Shown in pieces: positions 62,260 through 64,000 of a stretch of DNA of 64,000 nt. A program made the position numbers and the translations under genes. The notes under the pieces were generated by a model. It saw only the letters and a list, made by a program, of their open reading frames with translations, had not been told where the DNA came from and searched no databases. The DNA comes from Gnetum montanum (Eukaryota; Plantae; Gnetophyta), in assembly GCA_015680685.1 (NCBI GenBank), contig MNCI01002119.1, positions 62,001-126,000 of the forward strand, read 5' to 3'. Within the stretch, counting starts at the first letter, position 1. Each line of letters opens with the position of its first letter.

Positions 62260-64000
62260 TTCCTAAGGACATCCTCCCTAAGAGCACCCTCCTTGAGAGT
62301 GCCCTCCTTAAGATTGCCCTACTTGAGAATGCCTTTCCTAAGAGCATTCTCCCTAAGAGTGCCCTCCTTGAGCACATTTTCTTTGAGAGTGCCCTTCCTA
62401 AGAACACCCTCCCTAAGAGAATTCTCCTTGAGAGCACCATCCTGTAGATCATTCTTCCTGAGAGTGCCCTTCCTAAGAATGCCCTTGTTTAGAGTTCTCC
62501 TTAAGATCACCCTCCCTAAGAGTGTTCTCCCTAAGAGTTCCATCCTTAAGAACACCCTTCATGAGAGAGTCCTCCCTAAGAGAACCCTCTATGAAAGTTC
62601 CCTACTTGAGAGTTCCCTTCCTCAAAGATTTCTCCCTGAGAGTGTTCTTCCTAAGAGCACCCTCTCTGAGCCCATTCTCCATGAGAGTGCCCTCCCTAAG
62701 AACACTCTCCCTAAGAGTGTTCTCCTTGAGAGCACCCTCCTTGAGAGTGTTCTCCCTAAGAGTGCCCTCCTTGAGAATGCCCTCCCTAAGAGTTATCCTT
62801 GGGAGCATCCTTCCTAAGAGTGTTCTCCGTGAGAGAACCCTCCCTAAGAACACCCTCCATGAGAGCACCCTCCCTAAGAGCACCCTCACTAAGGACATTC
62901 TTCTTTAGAGCACGCTCCCTAAGAATGCCCTCCTTGAGAGTGCCCAACCTGAGAACACCTTCTATGGGAGCATTCTTCTTGAGAGCATCCTCCATGAGTG
63001 CATTGTCCTTGAGAGCACCCTCCTACATACCAAATTTTTAAGGGTCCAAGATGGTATGGCAGAGCTTGGTCCAATCAACATATATTGGGATAGAGAGAAT
63101 TCTCCCTAAGTGCACCGCATGGTGCACTACATGAGAGTACTCTTCTGAGAGTGCCTCATGGAGAACTTACGAGAGTGCTCTCCCTAGGAGTGCTTTTCAC
63201 TATGCACACCATAGTGTTCTCTCTAAGAGAATCCTCCCTAAGAGTGCCTTGCACTATGTAGATGAGATTGTTCTCCTTGTGAGCACCCTCATTGAGAGTG
63301 TTCACTCAAAGAGTTCTCTCCTTGAGAGTGTCCTTCTTAAGAACACCCTCCCTAAGGGCACCCTTCCTAAGAGCATTCTTCCAGAGAGCACTCTCCATGA
63401 GAACACCCTCCCTGAGAGTGTTCTCCCTAAGGACATAGTCTTTGAGAATGCCTTCCTTAAGAGTGTTCTCCATGAGTGCACTCTTCTTGAGAATGCCCTC
63501 CCTAAGAGTTCCCTCTGTGAGAGTGCCTTTCCTAAGAGCATTCTCCCCAAGAGCACCCTCCTTGAGTGTGTTCTACCTGAGAGCATCCTTCATGAGAATG
63601 CTCTCCTTAAGAGTGTTCTCCCTAAGAGCATTCTTCTTGAGAGTACCCTCTCTGAGAGCATTCTCCTTGAGAGTGCTCTCCTTGAGAACACCCTACCTAA
63701 GAGTGTTCTCATTAAGAACACACTCTTTGAGGGCATTCTTCGAAAGAGCACCCTCCATGAGAGCATCCTCCTTGAACATCCTCTCATGAGAGCATCCTCC
63801 ATGAGTAGCCTTCATAAGAATTCCTTCCCTAGGAACATTCTCCCTGAGAGTTCCATCCTTGATAGCATTCTCCCTAAGATTTCACTCCTTGAGAGGGCCC
63901 TTGCTAAGAGAATTTTTCCTAAGAGCACCCTTCCTTAGAGTGATCTCCTTGAGAGCATCCTCAGTGAGAGTGCCTTGTGTTGTGCACACAAGAGTATTCT
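62260..64000. repeat. Degenerate 15-bp satellite (consensus about GAGAGYRYYCTCCYT), over 100 units, running off the window
   Basis: Clear 15-nt periodicity giving pentapeptide ORFs on both strands; interrupted near 63025-63095. Confidence 0.95.

Noticed and set aside
62240-63938. Long ORFs (up to 229 aa) suggesting pentapeptide-repeat proteins
   Set aside because: They arise in several frames on both strands from the 15-bp repeat; there is no unique domain or gene structure.

Overview
Land-plant nuclear DNA, AT-rich and strongly CpG-depleted, made up almost entirely of nested, decayed LTR retrotransposons. No intact protein-coding gene is supported. Contents: two Ty1/Copia 5' fragments with tRNA-Met PBS; at least four pieces of an Athila-like Ty3/Gypsy family (LTRs TGATGAG...CTCATCA, tRNA-Asp PBS), one with gag plus an env-like ORF but no pol; four copies of a Tat/Ogre-like family (three show a tRNA-Asn PBS; the most complete copy has an extra archaeal-type RNase H; putative introns are shared); a ~3.1 kb 25S rRNA pseudogene followed by probable IGS subrepeats; and host-gene relics (R2R3-MYB exon 1, a non-RD LRR receptor kinase, last exons of a DUF674-like gene). 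A degenerate multi-exon PMD-like gene lies antisense inside an Ogre intron, and a 15-bp satellite runs off the right end. The most notable observations are the splice architecture shared among the Ogre-like copies (one keeps both splice sites but has lost the whole RT-RH-INT exon content), the LTR-like internal promoter before the env-like ORF, and a near-identical inverted 95-bp LTR fragment bracketing the LRR-RLK relic. I see no firm evidence of a wholly new biological system. All comparisons were made by eye; internal boundaries are approximate.
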